Counted from the first letter of the stretch, positions 19,579 to 30,286 are shown. The stretch: 64,000 nt of DNA from an uncultured Dehalococcoidia bacterium (GCA_950072105.1 CATMOE010000009.1:1-64000); one strand, 5' to 3'. Numbers and translations are program-made. Notes: generated by a model not told the origin, from the letters alone.

Positions 19579-19995
19579 ATGGCAGACAAACCGTTTTTGA
19601 GTTTCGAACAAGTTCGGGCGGCCATGAGCGCCATGATAGACAAAGCCATGCAGACTCCCGATGAGCCGGTAGCAATGGCCATAGTTGACGACACGGGCAA
19701 CTTGGTAGCCTATGCCAAGATGGACAACCTGCGCATATTCAGCCGGCGGCACGCCCTTCGCAAGGCGTATACGTCCGCCATCGTGGGAATGGACAGTGGA
19801 GCACACGCCGAGCGCATCCACGGTCAGGGCAGAAACATGAGCGACCTGGGCGACCCCAACCTGACTCACGGCCAAGGCGGTCTTGTGTTGATGCAGGATG
19901 GTGTTATTCTTGGTGGCATCGGCGTCGGCGGCTACCCCAGCGGTCAGTCCGACGAAGACTTGTCCCGGGTTGGCCTGGCGGCCATGAACCTGTAA
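19579..19995 (+). CDS. GlcG/HbpS-family (DUF336) heme-binding protein
   Basis: MAIVDDTGNL, A.RKAYTSA and GG...ILGGIGVGG...DE motifs; AAGGAG RBS. Confidence 0.88.
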   Translation: MADKPFLSFEQVRAAMSAMIDKAMQTPDEPVAMAIVDDTGNLVAYAKMDNLRIFSRRHALRKAYTSAIVGMDSGAHAERIHGQGRNMSDLGDPNLTHGQGGLVLMQDGVILGGIGVGGYPSGQSDEDLSRVGLAAMNL

Positions 19996-20028
19996 AGCAA
20001 CCAGTCCTGGTAAGGGGAATATCGGGTC

Positions 20029-20940
20029 ATGAAGTTCGGTGTTATGTTGCCCCACTATCGCCAAGTGGCTTCAGCCGAGGGGATCATGCGGGTGGCCCAA
20101 GAAGCCGAATCCATGGGATTCGACACGGTTTGGGTCAGCGAACATACCGCGGTGCCCGACCAGGATGTAGACCGGTTCGGCCTAGGCTACTACGACCCCT
20201 TTACCGTGTTGGGGTACGTGGCGGCGGTTACAAAGAAGATCACTCTGGGAACCAGCATAATTATCTTGCCCTTCCGAAACCCGTTGCATATGGCCCAGAT
20301 CGCCGCCACCGTCGACCAGCTCTCCAACGGCCGGCTTATCCTGGGAGTAGGCGTCGGTTCGGGGGAAGAGGAATACCGGGCGTTGGGCGCTCCCTGGGAT
20401 GAAAGGGGGTCCGTCGCCGACGAGGTGCTCCAGGTGCTCCAACATGTCTGGACGGTGGACCGGCCTAATTTTGAGGGAAAGCACTTTAATTTCTCCGGGA
20501 TCAACTCCTTTCCCCAGCCGGTGCAGAGCCCCCATCCTCCTTTCTGGGTCGGCGGAGGCAGCCGTAGGTCCATCCGAAGGGCGGCCGAGTTCGGCGACGC
20601 CTGGCACCCTTCCCGCCCCAGCTTCCAACTGCTGGAGGAAGGAGCGCCCCGTTTGCGCCGCTTGGCGGAAAGGGCCGGCCGTGACCCCGGCAAGATTCAG
20701 ATCGCCGCCCGCCATCCCATGAAGATTTTGGACGGCGCCGCTGATTCAGATTGGCCCTTGGTCGGCGCTGAAAGCAACGTGATTGATGGGATCAACCGCT
20801 TCGCCTCGGCCGGCGTGTCTCACCTGGTGATGGACACCTTTTACAGCATCCCCGAACTTCATCAGGAAACCGTGGACACGGTACTTGCCACCATGGAGCG
20901 CTTCGCCCGGCAGATTATTCCCGAATTCCCCGGTAACTGA
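20029..20940 (+). CDS. LLM-class (probably F420-dependent) oxidoreductase
   Basis: GFDTVWVSEH, LGTSIIILPFRNP, DQLSNGRLILGVGVG and PQPVQSPHPPFWVGG motifs. Confidence 0.9.
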   Translation: MKFGVMLPHYRQVASAEGIMRVAQEAESMGFDTVWVSEHTAVPDQDVDRFGLGYYDPFTVLGYVAAVTKKITLGTSIIILPFRNPLHMAQIAATVDQLSNGRLILGVGVGSGEEEYRALGAPWDERGSVADEVLQVLQHVWTVDRPNFEGKHFNFSGINSFPQPVQSPHPPFWVGGGSRRSIRRAAEFGDAWHPSRPSFQLLEEGAPRLRRLAERAGRDPGKIQIAARHPMKILDGAADSDWPLVGAESNVIDGINRFASAGVSHLVMDTFYSIPELHQETVDTVLATMERFARQIIPEFPGN

Positions 20941-21006
20941 CCCGGAGAGCTCAGTGCCTCTGAAACCCTAAACTCGCTTCCTCAAACTTAACATAGGACT
21001 AACTTA

Positions 21007-21729
21007 ATGGATCTGTTTATCATTCGGCATGGCCAGTCAGGGAATAACGCCCTCGCCAATATTCGAGACCGGGAAGTGGACCCGCCACTGACAGACCTGG
21101 GAAAGCGGCAGGCCGAACTCCTGGCTGAACATCTGGCTTCCGGGGAGACTCACGACCGGATAACCGCCGACACCGGCAACACCAAGTATCAGTTGCGTCA
21201 AGGCTTTGGCATTACTTCACTGTTCACCAGTGCCATGTACCGTAGCCTGCAAACCGTCCAGCCGGTCGCCATGGCATTAGGGATGGCGCCCAAGATCTGG
21301 GTAGACATCCACGAAGAAGGCGGGATGTACCTGAAGCACGGTGGAGATGAGGGACTGGTAGGCTACCCCGGCAGGACCAGGTCCGAGATTTTGTCCGAAT
21401 TCCCCGATTACCAACTGCCTGTGGATTTCGATGACGACGGATGGTGGAACAAAGGCCATGAAGACGCGGCATCCGTATTGGTCAGGGCAGCCAAGGTCGC
21501 GAAACAGCTACATGAAATGGCTCCAAACGAAGATAGGGTAGCTATCATCAGCCATGGCGGATTCATGAACGCCCTTCTCACGGCGTTGTTCGGGCAAGAT
21601 CCAGCAGGGCAGATGTACTACCGCCATCACAACACGGCAATCTCGAGAATCAGTATGGACGGCAGCGAAGTCCAAGACGTCAGATACGTAAACCGCATTG
21701 ACCACCTGAGTCCCGAGCAAGTTTCCTAA
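21007..21729 (+). CDS. Histidine phosphatase (phosphoglycerate mutase-like) family
   Basis: IIRHGQS, LTDLGKRQA, ISHGG and NTAIS motifs. Confidence 0.88.
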   Translation: MDLFIIRHGQSGNNALANIRDREVDPPLTDLGKRQAELLAEHLASGETHDRITADTGNTKYQLRQGFGITSLFTSAMYRSLQTVQPVAMALGMAPKIWVDIHEEGGMYLKHGGDEGLVGYPGRTRSEILSEFPDYQLPVDFDDDGWWNKGHEDAASVLVRAAKVAKQLHEMAPNEDRVAIISHGGFMNALLTALFGQDPAGQMYYRHHNTAISRISMDGSEVQDVRYVNRIDHLSPEQVS

Positions 21730-21858
21730 CTTGTCGGGACCGCGCCTGCCGAACCGCTGGACGGCGAGGCTATTTACGACTACTATTCCGGGGTACATGA
21801 CCAGGCTGGTGCCATCGTAGGTGACCCCGACCATTATTTGCCTTGCAGGAGTAGACCT

Positions 21859-22719
21859 ATGACTACCGTAAAAGCCCAAGAAAAGTTCGTAACAGTAAAC
21901 GGCGTCCGGCTGCGGTACCTGGATTGGGGCACGGACGGAAAGACCCCATTGGTCTGCCTGCACGGCCACACCGGCCAAGCCCACATCTGGGACGAATTCG
22001 CCGAAGCGATGTCCCCCCACTACCACGTGCTGGCCGTGGATCAGCGGGGACACGGCGGCAGCCAATGGGCCGACACCGGCTACGCCCGGGACCGGTTCGT
22101 GGAGGACTTGGCGGGTTTCGTAGACGCCCTGGGTCTGTCAAAGTTCGTCCTGGCTGGTCTTTCCATGGGAGGCTGGCATTCCTTGCTCTACACTCCGGAC
22201 CACCAAGACCGGGTGGAGCGCATCATCATCGTGGACATCAGCCCGCAGCCCAGCCCTCAGTGGCAAGAGCGGGCGGCTTCCCGGCCCGTCACTCCCATGG
22301 AGTTCCCCAGCCTGGACGCCGCGATATCGTGGATGCGCGAGAGCAATCCCTGGGCCTCCGACGCCGGCCTGAGAAAGGACGCCGAAGATAAGATGTATCG
22401 CCGGGATGACGGCCAGTGGACCTGGAAGGCCGACGCTTCTCTGTTCAACGTTCCTCTGCCCGACCAAACTGATCCGACGCTCCAAGCCCGCTATTGGAAG
22501 GGTATCGATTCCATCACCTGCCCGATCTTGGAAGTTCGGGGCGCTGAGAGCGGCCTGGTATCCGACGAAACCATCGAACAGATGAAGCAACGGGGTAAGC
22601 AGATCACGTCGGTAGACATCCCCAACGCGGGCCACGTGGTAACCGTGGACAAGCCCAAAGAATTCATCGAGGCTACCCGCTCCTTTTTGGGAGTCCACGC
22701 CCAAATCTCGCCCGCTTGA
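21859..22719 (+). CDS. Alpha/beta-fold hydrolase
   Basis: LHG, DQRGHGGS, GLSMGG nucleophile elbow and AGH motifs; AGGAG RBS. Confidence 0.9.
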   Translation: MTTVKAQEKFVTVNGVRLRYLDWGTDGKTPLVCLHGHTGQAHIWDEFAEAMSPHYHVLAVDQRGHGGSQWADTGYARDRFVEDLAGFVDALGLSKFVLAGLSMGGWHSLLYTPDHQDRVERIIIVDISPQPSPQWQERAASRPVTPMEFPSLDAAISWMRESNPWASDAGLRKDAEDKMYRRDDGQWTWKADASLFNVPLPDQTDPTLQARYWKGIDSITCPILEVRGAESGLVSDETIEQMKQRGKQITSVDIPNAGHVVTVDKPKEFIEATRSFLGVHAQISPA

Positions 22720-22744
22720 TACCCGCCGTGGAGAGGAGAACGTC

Positions 22745-23857
22745 ATGACGACGAATCCGGTAAACATCTACGAATACGAAGCGATCGCCAAGGAGCGTCT
22801 GGCCCAGGGCGAATACGACTTCATCGCTGGGGCAGCAACGGACGAGATAACCCTTCGCCGCACCCGGGCCGTATTCGATTCGATCATGATGAAACCGAGA
22901 ATGATGGTGGACGTTAGCCAGCGGGACCTGAGTACCACCGTGTTGGGAAACAAGATCGATTTCCCGGTGATGCTGGACCCGGCGGGAAACCACGGCGCCG
23001 CGCATCCCGATGGCGAGCTGGCAACCGCCAAGGCCGCCGGAGCCATGAACACGATCATGGCCCTGAGCTCCCACGCCTCCCGCACCTTGGAAGACGTGGC
23101 CGAAGTGGCCACCGGGCCTTTGTGGTTCCAGTACTATTTCTTCAAGGATCGGGAACTGACCCTGGATATGGCCAAGCGAGCTGAAGACGCGGGATACTCC
23201 GCCCTCTGCGTAACCCTGGACGCCAAGATCAAGCCCAAACGTGAGCGCAATCTACGAAACAATTACGTAGGTTCCTCGTCTCCCAACTACGCCCATCTGG
23301 ATCTATCCACGCACACGTGGAAGTTCGGCGCCGACGCCCCCGCCGGCCCCAGCGACATCCGGGACCCCGCCTCCACCTGGGAGGACCTGGACTGGCTGGC
23401 GGCTAACACCAAGCTGCCGGTGGTGGTCAAAGGAATCATGGTGGGGGAAGACGGCAGGCAAAGCGCCGAACATGGCGCCAAGGGCGTGATTGTCTCCAAC
23501 CACGGCGCCAGGTACCTGGACACCACCTTGGCCACTATCGAGGTGCTACCAGAGGTGGTGGAGGCCGTGGATGGACGCATCGAGGTCTACATGGATGGAG
23601 GTATCCGCAGGGGTTCCGACATCTTCAAGGCCTTGGCTCTGGGGGCCCGCGCCGTGCTGGTCGGACGGCCTCTGTTTTGGGGCCTGGCGGTGGACGGGGA
23701 GAACGGGGTCCTGTCAGTCTTGGAGATGCTCCGGGACGAGCTGGACGCGACCATGGGCATGTGCGGCCGCACAACTATCGATAGCATCGACATGAGCACC
23801 ATAACTACTGTCTCGCCATTGCTGTCCCTGTTCCCCCAGCCGGATAGCTTTCGCTAG
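22745..23857 (+). CDS. FMN-dependent alpha-hydroxy-acid oxidase/dehydrogenase
   Basis: WFQYY, VVKGI, VSNHGAR and DGGIRRGSDIFKALALGA...GRP motifs. Confidence 0.92.
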   Translation: MTTNPVNIYEYEAIAKERLAQGEYDFIAGAATDEITLRRTRAVFDSIMMKPRMMVDVSQRDLSTTVLGNKIDFPVMLDPAGNHGAAHPDGELATAKAAGAMNTIMALSSHASRTLEDVAEVATGPLWFQYYFFKDRELTLDMAKRAEDAGYSALCVTLDAKIKPKRERNLRNNYVGSSSPNYAHLDLSTHTWKFGADAPAGPSDIRDPASTWEDLDWLAANTKLPVVVKGIMVGEDGRQSAEHGAKGVIVSNHGARYLDTTLATIEVLPEVVEAVDGRIEVYMDGGIRRGSDIFKALALGARAVLVGRPLFWGLAVDGENGVLSVLEMLRDELDATMGMCGRTTIDSIDMSTITTVSPLLSLFPQPDSFR

Positions 23858-23973
23858 GCCTCACAAGGCGGTTCACCGAATCCTTACCTAGGCCCAGTAA
23901 TACCCTATCCAGGCAGAAGTAACAACTGTCATTGCTCCGAAAATAGAATTGCCAACCTTCGTCCGCACAATTC

Positions 23974-24018
23974 GTCATTCCGACACCAGCCCTTCCGCTA
24001 AAGGGCGGCGAGGAATCT
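23974..24018 (+). repeat. REP-like intergenic element (gtcattccga...gaggaatct class)
   Basis: Typical ends with an internal hairpin gccctt/aagggc, located between convergent genes. Confidence 0.4.
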
Positions 24019-24082
24019 GAGGTGACCGCTACAACCAGGCAGTCCAGCACAACCAACATGACGCAGAATCACCAGGCCGGGG

Positions 24083-24709
24083 CTACTTCACGTCCATGAT
24101 TCCCTGCAGTTCCCCGGGCAGCGTACGAGTTACGATGACGACCGCGCCCTTGTTGGGCTTGATCTGTATGGTGAATTCCTGCTTCGCGGCCAAAAGAGGG
24201 GTCAGGTTGGTGAGGGTGACCGTAATTTCCACCTGCTCACCGGGGTCAACGATTTCTCCTGAGCCGATCAACCATTCAGAAGACCAGGAACACTCGGCGG
24301 TGTCGGGGTCCCCGTCGAAGCTCTGGGGGTTTTGACAGTTGATGCCCTGGAAATCATCGAGATAGGTTATGACACTGCCGGTGGTGGACAGGTCGACAGA
24401 CTCGGATGCGGTGGACGCTGGAGCCAGATTGAACTTTATGAGGTCGACGGCGGTCTTTGCGGCGTTAGAATCCGCAATCACCTCTCCACGGAGGCTTAAG
24501 GTCGACGACGTTTCCTGCAGACCTCCCAGAGCCGCCTCTTTACTCTTTTCCGAACTCAAAAATCCAGTGTTGAGCACAGCAAATGCGAAAACCGAAGCGA
24601 CTACCACGAAGGCGATGAGAACGATGGCCGTTTCCAGGCCCGTGATTCCTCGCTGGTTGTGTAAAAAATTATCGGTTCTGATTATAGGTCTATTTTTCAA
24701 CGCCGTCAT
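24083..24709 (-). CDS. Archaellin (archaeal flagellin, ArlB/FlaB family)
   Basis: Class III signal peptide ending QRG|ITGLETAIVLIAFVVVASVFAFAVLNTG; C-terminal L/V.PGE.VEI.V and F.IQIKP..GA...RTLP pattern. Confidence 0.88.
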   Translation of the reverse strand: MTALKNRPIIRTDNFLHNQRGITGLETAIVLIAFVVVASVFAFAVLNTGFLSSEKSKEAALGGLQETSSTLSLRGEVIADSNAAKTAVDLIKFNLAPASTASESVDLSTTGSVITYLDDFQGINCQNPQSFDGDPDTAECSWSSEWLIGSGEIVDPGEQVEITVTLTNLTPLLAAKQEFTIQIKPNKGAVVIVTRTLPGELQGIMDVK

Positions 24710-24850
24710 GGAATGCTTACTGAGCGCCGGTCGATTGCCAGGTCAGCACCACAGGTCTGCTATTATATCTTAATCACTTTGAACACCCCGTCAGGGATCG
24801 CGCCGGGATAACCCGATTATCTGAACCCAAATGAAGTGATGGGCGAAAAC

Positions 24851-25597
24851 ATGCTACTCAACACCCCTTCTATCACCAGAGTCGACGGAGCCCCAGGCGG
24901 ACGCCACTACCGGGTTGAAGGGTTCGACGGGTTGTTCCCATCGGTGACGACCGTGTTGGACGTTATCAATAAACCGGCCTTGGTGCCCTGGGCCAGAAAT
25001 ATGGCGCTGGAATCGGTGGAAACCGCGTTGATGAAGCGCACCGGGGCTCAAGAAGCAATCACCCCTGAGTGGGTGTCCAAGGTGATCGCCGAGGCCCGGC
25101 GCCGGCCGGAACAGATCAGGTCCGAGGCCGCCGACTTCGGCACTCAGGCCCACGTAGCCATAGACCAAATAGTGCAAGGATTGGAGCCGCAGATCCCGCC
25201 CGAGATGGAGTTGGTGGTCAACAACTTCGCCGAATGGCGCCGCGAAGCCCACCTGGATATCAAGCTGACTGAGACCATGGTCTTTTCCGCCAAGTACCGC
25301 TACGCCGGAGCCATGGATGCCATCGCCTACCGTGACGGCAGTCTGGTGGCGTTGGACTGGAAGACCAGCAACGGTATCTATCCCGAATACGCCCTGCAAG
25401 TTGCCGCCTACGCCAAGGCCCTGGAAGAGATGACCGGAAATCCGGTCACCGAGGCTTGGACGGTAAGGTTCGGCAAATCCGCCCCGGAGTTTGAAGCCCG
25501 CCAAGTTATGGACCTGGAAAAGTCGTTCATCGCTTTCCGGGCGGCGCTGTATCTATGGCGGGCGATAAAAGGGGAGTTGCTCCACCCACCAGCGTAA
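24851..25597 (+). CDS. PD-(D/E)XK nuclease, phage exonuclease/Cas4-like (no Fe-S cysteines)
   Basis: PSVTTVL, GT.AH, E...YAGAMD, DWKTS and Y.LQ.AAY motifs. The start could alternatively be 24836 or 24839. Confidence 0.8.
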   Translation: MLLNTPSITRVDGAPGGRHYRVEGFDGLFPSVTTVLDVINKPALVPWARNMALESVETALMKRTGAQEAITPEWVSKVIAEARRRPEQIRSEAADFGTQAHVAIDQIVQGLEPQIPPEMELVVNNFAEWRREAHLDIKLTETMVFSAKYRYAGAMDAIAYRDGSLVALDWKTSNGIYPEYALQVAAYAKALEEMTGNPVTEAWTVRFGKSAPEFEARQVMDLEKSFIAFRAALYLWRAIKGELLHPPA

Positions 25598-25640
25598 GCC
25601 GCGTTTTATATACGATCGTTTTCCAAAAGGGAGATTAAAG

Positions 25641-26429
25641 GTGCTAATCGTCGACAGCCACGTTCACATCGCCTTGCACATCTACGAACCGGTCGAGATT
25701 CTACTGGCCCAGATGGAGCATAACCAGGTTGAGAAAACGGTGCTGGTGCAATCATCCACCACCGTAGACAACACCTACGTCATTGAATCCATGCGCCGGT
25801 TCCCTGGGCGGTTTTCCGTGGTCTGTCGAGTAGACGTGGACAGCCCCAACGCCCTTAACGACTTGGAGCGATGGGCTGGAGAAGGGGCCGAGTCGATCCG
25901 GCTACGGAACTTTCAACGCTCGCCGGGTGACGACCCACTGGCCATCTGGCGCAAAGCCGAGTCGTTGGGGATGTCGGTAAGCGTGGGCGGTCCGACAGAC
26001 GTGTTCGCGTCAACCGATTTCGCTGATCTGGCCGAGGCTCTGCCCGGCCTGAAAATCGTGATCGAACACCTGGGAGGAGTGGGAGTCTGGGCGGTGGGAG
26101 AGACCCAGCGGCCCGAACCTCCCTACGCTCAATACCGGCAGATGCTGGAACTAGCCCGCTTCCCTAACACTTACGTTAAGATTCACGGCATCGGAGAGAT
26201 CTGCCCGCCGCCCTTCCCTTATCAAGACATCCCACCTTTCATGGACATGGCCTACGAGGCGTTTGGGCCGCAAAGGATGACTTGGGGCAGCGACTACCCA
26301 CCGGTCAGTCTAAGGGAAGGATACAGCAACGCCCTGCGGTATCCTCAGGAGCACATGCCCTTCGCCAGCCAAGACGACCTGGAGTGGATCTTCGGCAAAA
26401 CAGCCTTGTCCATTTGGAAGTTCCCGTAG
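25641..26429 (+). CDS. Amidohydrolase family 2 protein
   Basis: DSHVH, IEHLG and FGPQRMTWGSDYP motifs. Confidence 0.88.
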   Translation: MLIVDSHVHIALHIYEPVEILLAQMEHNQVEKTVLVQSSTTVDNTYVIESMRRFPGRFSVVCRVDVDSPNALNDLERWAGEGAESIRLRNFQRSPGDDPLAIWRKAESLGMSVSVGGPTDVFASTDFADLAEALPGLKIVIEHLGGVGVWAVGETQRPEPPYAQYRQMLELARFPNTYVKIHGIGEICPPPFPYQDIPPFMDMAYEAFGPQRMTWGSDYPPVSLREGYSNALRYPQEHMPFASQDDLEWIFGKTALSIWKFP

Positions 26430-26483
26430 CCTGTCCCGAGTATAGGCTGGTGGGTGGTCCAGTTCTAGGAAACTGACCCCGGC

Positions 26484-29146
26484 TTACTTGTTATTTCCGT
26501 TCCCGTTCCCGCCGCCATTCCCATTGCCACCGCCGTTGTCGTTCCCATTCCCGTTATCGTTGTCGTTCCCACCACCGTTGTCGGTGCCGCCCCCGTTGTC
26601 GTTGCCACCGGCGTTATCGTTTCCGTTGCCGCCTCCGTTCTCGGTCCCGTTGCCGCCGGCGTTGCTGCTGTTGTTCCCACTATTACCTTCCCCGCCGTCG
26701 TCATCGTCATCGTCATCATTGTCGACACCAGAGCCTACGCTTTGAGAGCTGGGGTCTCCAATATTACCTCGTCCTTGACCAGAGTTGCCATTTCCGTTGT
26801 TGCCCTGACCCGAGTTTCCGTTGCCGTTCCCATTGTTACCTTGGCCGGAGATGCCGTTATTGCCTACCCCGGAATTCCCGTTGCTGTTTCCATTGTTCTC
26901 TTGGCCGGCGTTACCTCTTCCTTCTCCGTTGTTACCCTGGCCAGAGTTCCCATTGTCATTGCCACGGTTGCCCTGGCCTTGACCCGGCGTCCCATTCCCT
27001 GGTGGAAGAGTTGCCGGAGCCGGCTCGATCACCCTGGGGCTAAAGTTCCGAACCAATCGAACAGTATCCATCCCTTCAAAGGGGGCTCCGCTGCCTACCA
27101 GACTGCCGGTCATCACAAGTTCGATTATTGTGTCGCCGGGTTGGGTCAGATCAATGTCTAATTCCGAGTATCGGAAGTGAAGTTTAAGTTGGGATAAGTC
27201 GTCAGCCAAGTGTCCGCCGTGCTCGGGTGGCGCTTCGATTCCCGTAACGCCGAAACGAACAGTTAAGGCGTCTACATCTGCGACGGCGAATCCGTCGTCG
27301 CCTAACAAGGCCACCGGCACAACACCCTTACCGTTGAGATTCAGTGCGCTGGGATTGATATTTACGTTGATCCTTTGTACCACCACTATGATGCTGAACA
27401 GCACATTTTCTGATGCGTTGCCCGCGGCATCGGTAGCTATACAACTTACGGGGGTAGTCGCTCCCAAAGGATAAATTGGATCGTCCAACAGGGGGTCGTC
27501 CGGAGCGCAAGTCACGGTCATGTCCCCCGGCCCATCATCGGAGGCGAGAACAAGTGCGGCTAGGTCCACTTCCGCTCCCAGGGCAGTAGTGGCATTTAGT
27601 TCAAACACGCCTTCAATCACGTCTTCAGTGACCGCGAGAATAGGATCCGTGACATCAATGTGGATGATCAATGGCAGCGAATCATCCGATTCGTTCCCCG
27701 CAATGTCGGTAACGGTGGCGATTATGCTGTGGCTACCTTCGTCTAGCGGTAATAGCGGTGGTTCATTCGTAGTAATCTCATAAGATCCGAACCCATCAGT
27801 AGGACCACTGCCTATCTCTGGCCCAGCAGCGCCGTCGAACAGAGTCACCGTGCTGTCCGGCTCTAAATCTGGGACCGCTTTGCCATCAACAAACGTGGGC
27901 GTATCGTCATTTGTGATTTCGTCGTCCAGGAATGAACCAATGTCACTTGCGTCTATCAGGTCCGGCAAGGACGGCGGCGCCGGAGCGATGGTGTCAATAT
28001 TCACCGGTGGCGTCGTGAATTCCGCAGAGTTGCCAGCCAAGTCGGACACGGTCACTATGGCGGTCACGCCCTCCCCTTCATCGCTAACCACCACCGGGCT
28101 ACTCCCCGGTATAGTGGCATCTACCCCAGAGAGAGCGTCGCCTGGAGAGAAGGGGAAATCGACTTCCGAATTGTTCCAGCCTGCGCCGTTGGCCAAGGGG
28201 TTCTGTATCCCAAAGGTTAACGTCGGCTTGGTCAGGTCTACGTTGATCGGTGTCTCCGTGACCGACGCGCTGTTACCCGCCAGGTCCACCGCCGTTCCTA
28301 AGGAACTTTGACCGGCTCCCTCTCCCAGGGTTTCCGGTGCGGTGCATTTGTCTATGCCGGAACCGCCGATATCTTCACAAGTAAAGGTCACCTCGACCTG
28401 GGTGTTGTTCCATTGATTGGCGTTGGGACCTACGTCCCTAGCCGCGTTGATCGTCGGCTTGGTCAGATCGATGTAGATAGGTCCAACCACCACCGTTGCC
28501 TGGTTACCTTCGTTATCGATGCATGTGCCTGCGACAGAGTGATTCTGCACCTCGAAGTTGATGGTTTGGTCGTCGGTCAGGCTGGCCACTCCTGAATCGT
28601 CATCCGTGCAGGTGAATTTCACCGTAACTGGTTCGTTATTCCACACACCGCTAGTGGCCGCCGGACTCCGCGACCCGGTGATAGTTGGCGGGGTTTCATC
28701 CGTGGCAACTAATAGACCACGTACTAGCAGGGTTTCATGGCAACAATCTGGTATACCGGCCGGATCGGATACGATGCGCCCACTGTTAAAGTCAGCAGCG
28801 TCACAGTGGTGATTAGTCGGGTCGAAATATGGGGACGCACACTTCGTAGTTTTAAACGGATCGAATCGAGCCCCGCTTCCAATCCCCCCATCTCAGCAAA
28901 GGTAGGGTGGGCGGCAAGTTTGGTGGTGGTAGCAAAGCGAAAACCATCCCTAAGAAGAATGGTGCCGGTGCAACCGCCGGATTTGCAGGGGCTTGCCCAC
29001 ACCCATTCCAAACCGTCCTTTTCAACGATCAGGTCGGGAGGGATGGGGTCGCTGTTCTGATCCCCTGCCAAAACGCTGCCGGCGGATAGGAACACAGCGA
29101 ACAGTACTATGCTTAACGCGGATGCCAGAATTATGTGCTTTCTCAC
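26484..29146 (-). pseudogene. Large secreted surface protein (Cys-rich N-domain, Ig-like/HYR repeats, Gly/Asn-rich tail) split by one frameshift
   Basis: ORF 28724-29146 supplies the signal peptide and LEWVWASPC..GGC. The frame of the 720-aa ORF stays open upstream to about 28890 (KCASPYFD...HCD..D...DETPPTITG). Repeats D.T.P...D..SG...D.AGN follow. Confidence 0.75.
26488..26990 (-). repeat. Low-complexity Gly/Asn/Asp coding repeat
   Basis: GNGN / NSGQGNNG / DDDDDD runs at the C-terminus of the surface protein. Confidence 0.8.
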
Positions 29147-29569
29147 GTCGATCCCTCGCCATGCAAGTCAGATACGCTGGGAAGTTGAATACGGGACGCA
29201 ACCATACCGCATCCATTAAATCCCCAGATCATCAGACCGCAAACTTTAAAAGGAATAGTCCAAATATCCTTGGTCAAGTCTGACCTTAGTCTCGTTTTTA
29301 CACTTCACTCGTACCTCGCGGGCCTGTCCAGACACGTAATTCTAGAACATAGTTACAGTGCAGGCTACAGCTTGGTGAGATGGTTTCCCAGTCCGGAAAC
29401 ACGCAATCGTTAGGGGAATAACTTGCGGAATTATCTCGGGGTATTGCTCATTGACCGGATAGTACCGTCCGGCTGTGTTTGAAACACGAGAATTCAGGAA
29501 TGTTTTGAACGGTCAGCCGAGGACTCTCGTGGCGGCCTTTCCATGAGACTCCTGTTGGGGGGAACGGGG

Positions 29570-30136
29570 TTAGAGGGAGTTCACCTCTTGGTATCTGAAA
29601 CAGGAGACCAAGTGGTCGTTGACCAGGCCCGCCGCTTGGATAAAGGCATAGACGATGGTTGACCCTACGAATTTGAAGCCCCGGCGCTTCAAGTCGGCGC
29701 TTACTTTGTCTGACAATTCGGTCGTGGCGGGAATCTGGCCGTCGCCGGTCCAGGCGTTGCGCACCGGATTGCCGCCGACGAAGTCCCACAAATAAGTGTC
29801 GAAGCTGCCGCATTCCTCTTGCAGGTCCAGGTAGGCTTGGGCGTTGGTTACGGAGGAACGGACTTTCAATCGGTTGCGGATGATGCCCGGGTTGTTCAGC
29901 AGATCGGCGATCTTATCCTCGCCATATGCGGCGATGACCTTGACGTCGAAGCCATCGTACGCCTCCCGGTAGCCCTCCCGCCTCTGGATGATTGATTCCC
30001 AACTCAAGCCGGCCTGGGCGCCGTCCAGAAGCAGATACTCGAATAGCCGCCGGTCGTCGTGAAGGGGTACACCCCACTCCCGATCGTGGTATTCGATCAT
30101 CGAGTCGCTCTTGGGCCATGAACAGCGTGAAACCAT
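29570..30136 (-). CDS. tag: DNA-3-methyladenine glycosylase I
   Basis: RC.W, YHDREWG, QAGLSW, IIRNRLK, GFKFVG and NDHLVSC motifs. Confidence 0.95.
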   Translation of the reverse strand: MVSRCSWPKSDSMIEYHDREWGVPLHDDRRLFEYLLLDGAQAGLSWESIIQRREGYREAYDGFDVKVIAAYGEDKIADLLNNPGIIRNRLKVRSSVTNAQAYLDLQEECGSFDTYLWDFVGGNPVRNAWTGDGQIPATTELSDKVSADLKRRGFKFVGSTIVYAFIQAAGLVNDHLVSCFRYQEVNSL

Positions 30137-30286
30137 GTCATTCCCTCATGCAGGCAGCCCGATAATCACGACCCACATGGGTCTCTGCGCTACGGGATAG
30201 GTTTAGAGAGGTGCCAGGATCCCGGTGTCTCGGTTGATCCCAAAGGAAACGTACATGAATTAGGCCATCTCTGCGTCCATCCTTAC

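Noticed and set aside
26488..26990. Repeat-rich region as a possible CRISPR array
   Set aside because: The periodicity is codon-based Gly/Asn low complexity, with no constant repeat/unique spacer structure.
17904..29500. Genomic island or prophage integrated at tRNA-Leu
   Set aside because: No integrase and no duplicated tRNA 3' end (att) found in the window; only one phage-like gene is present.
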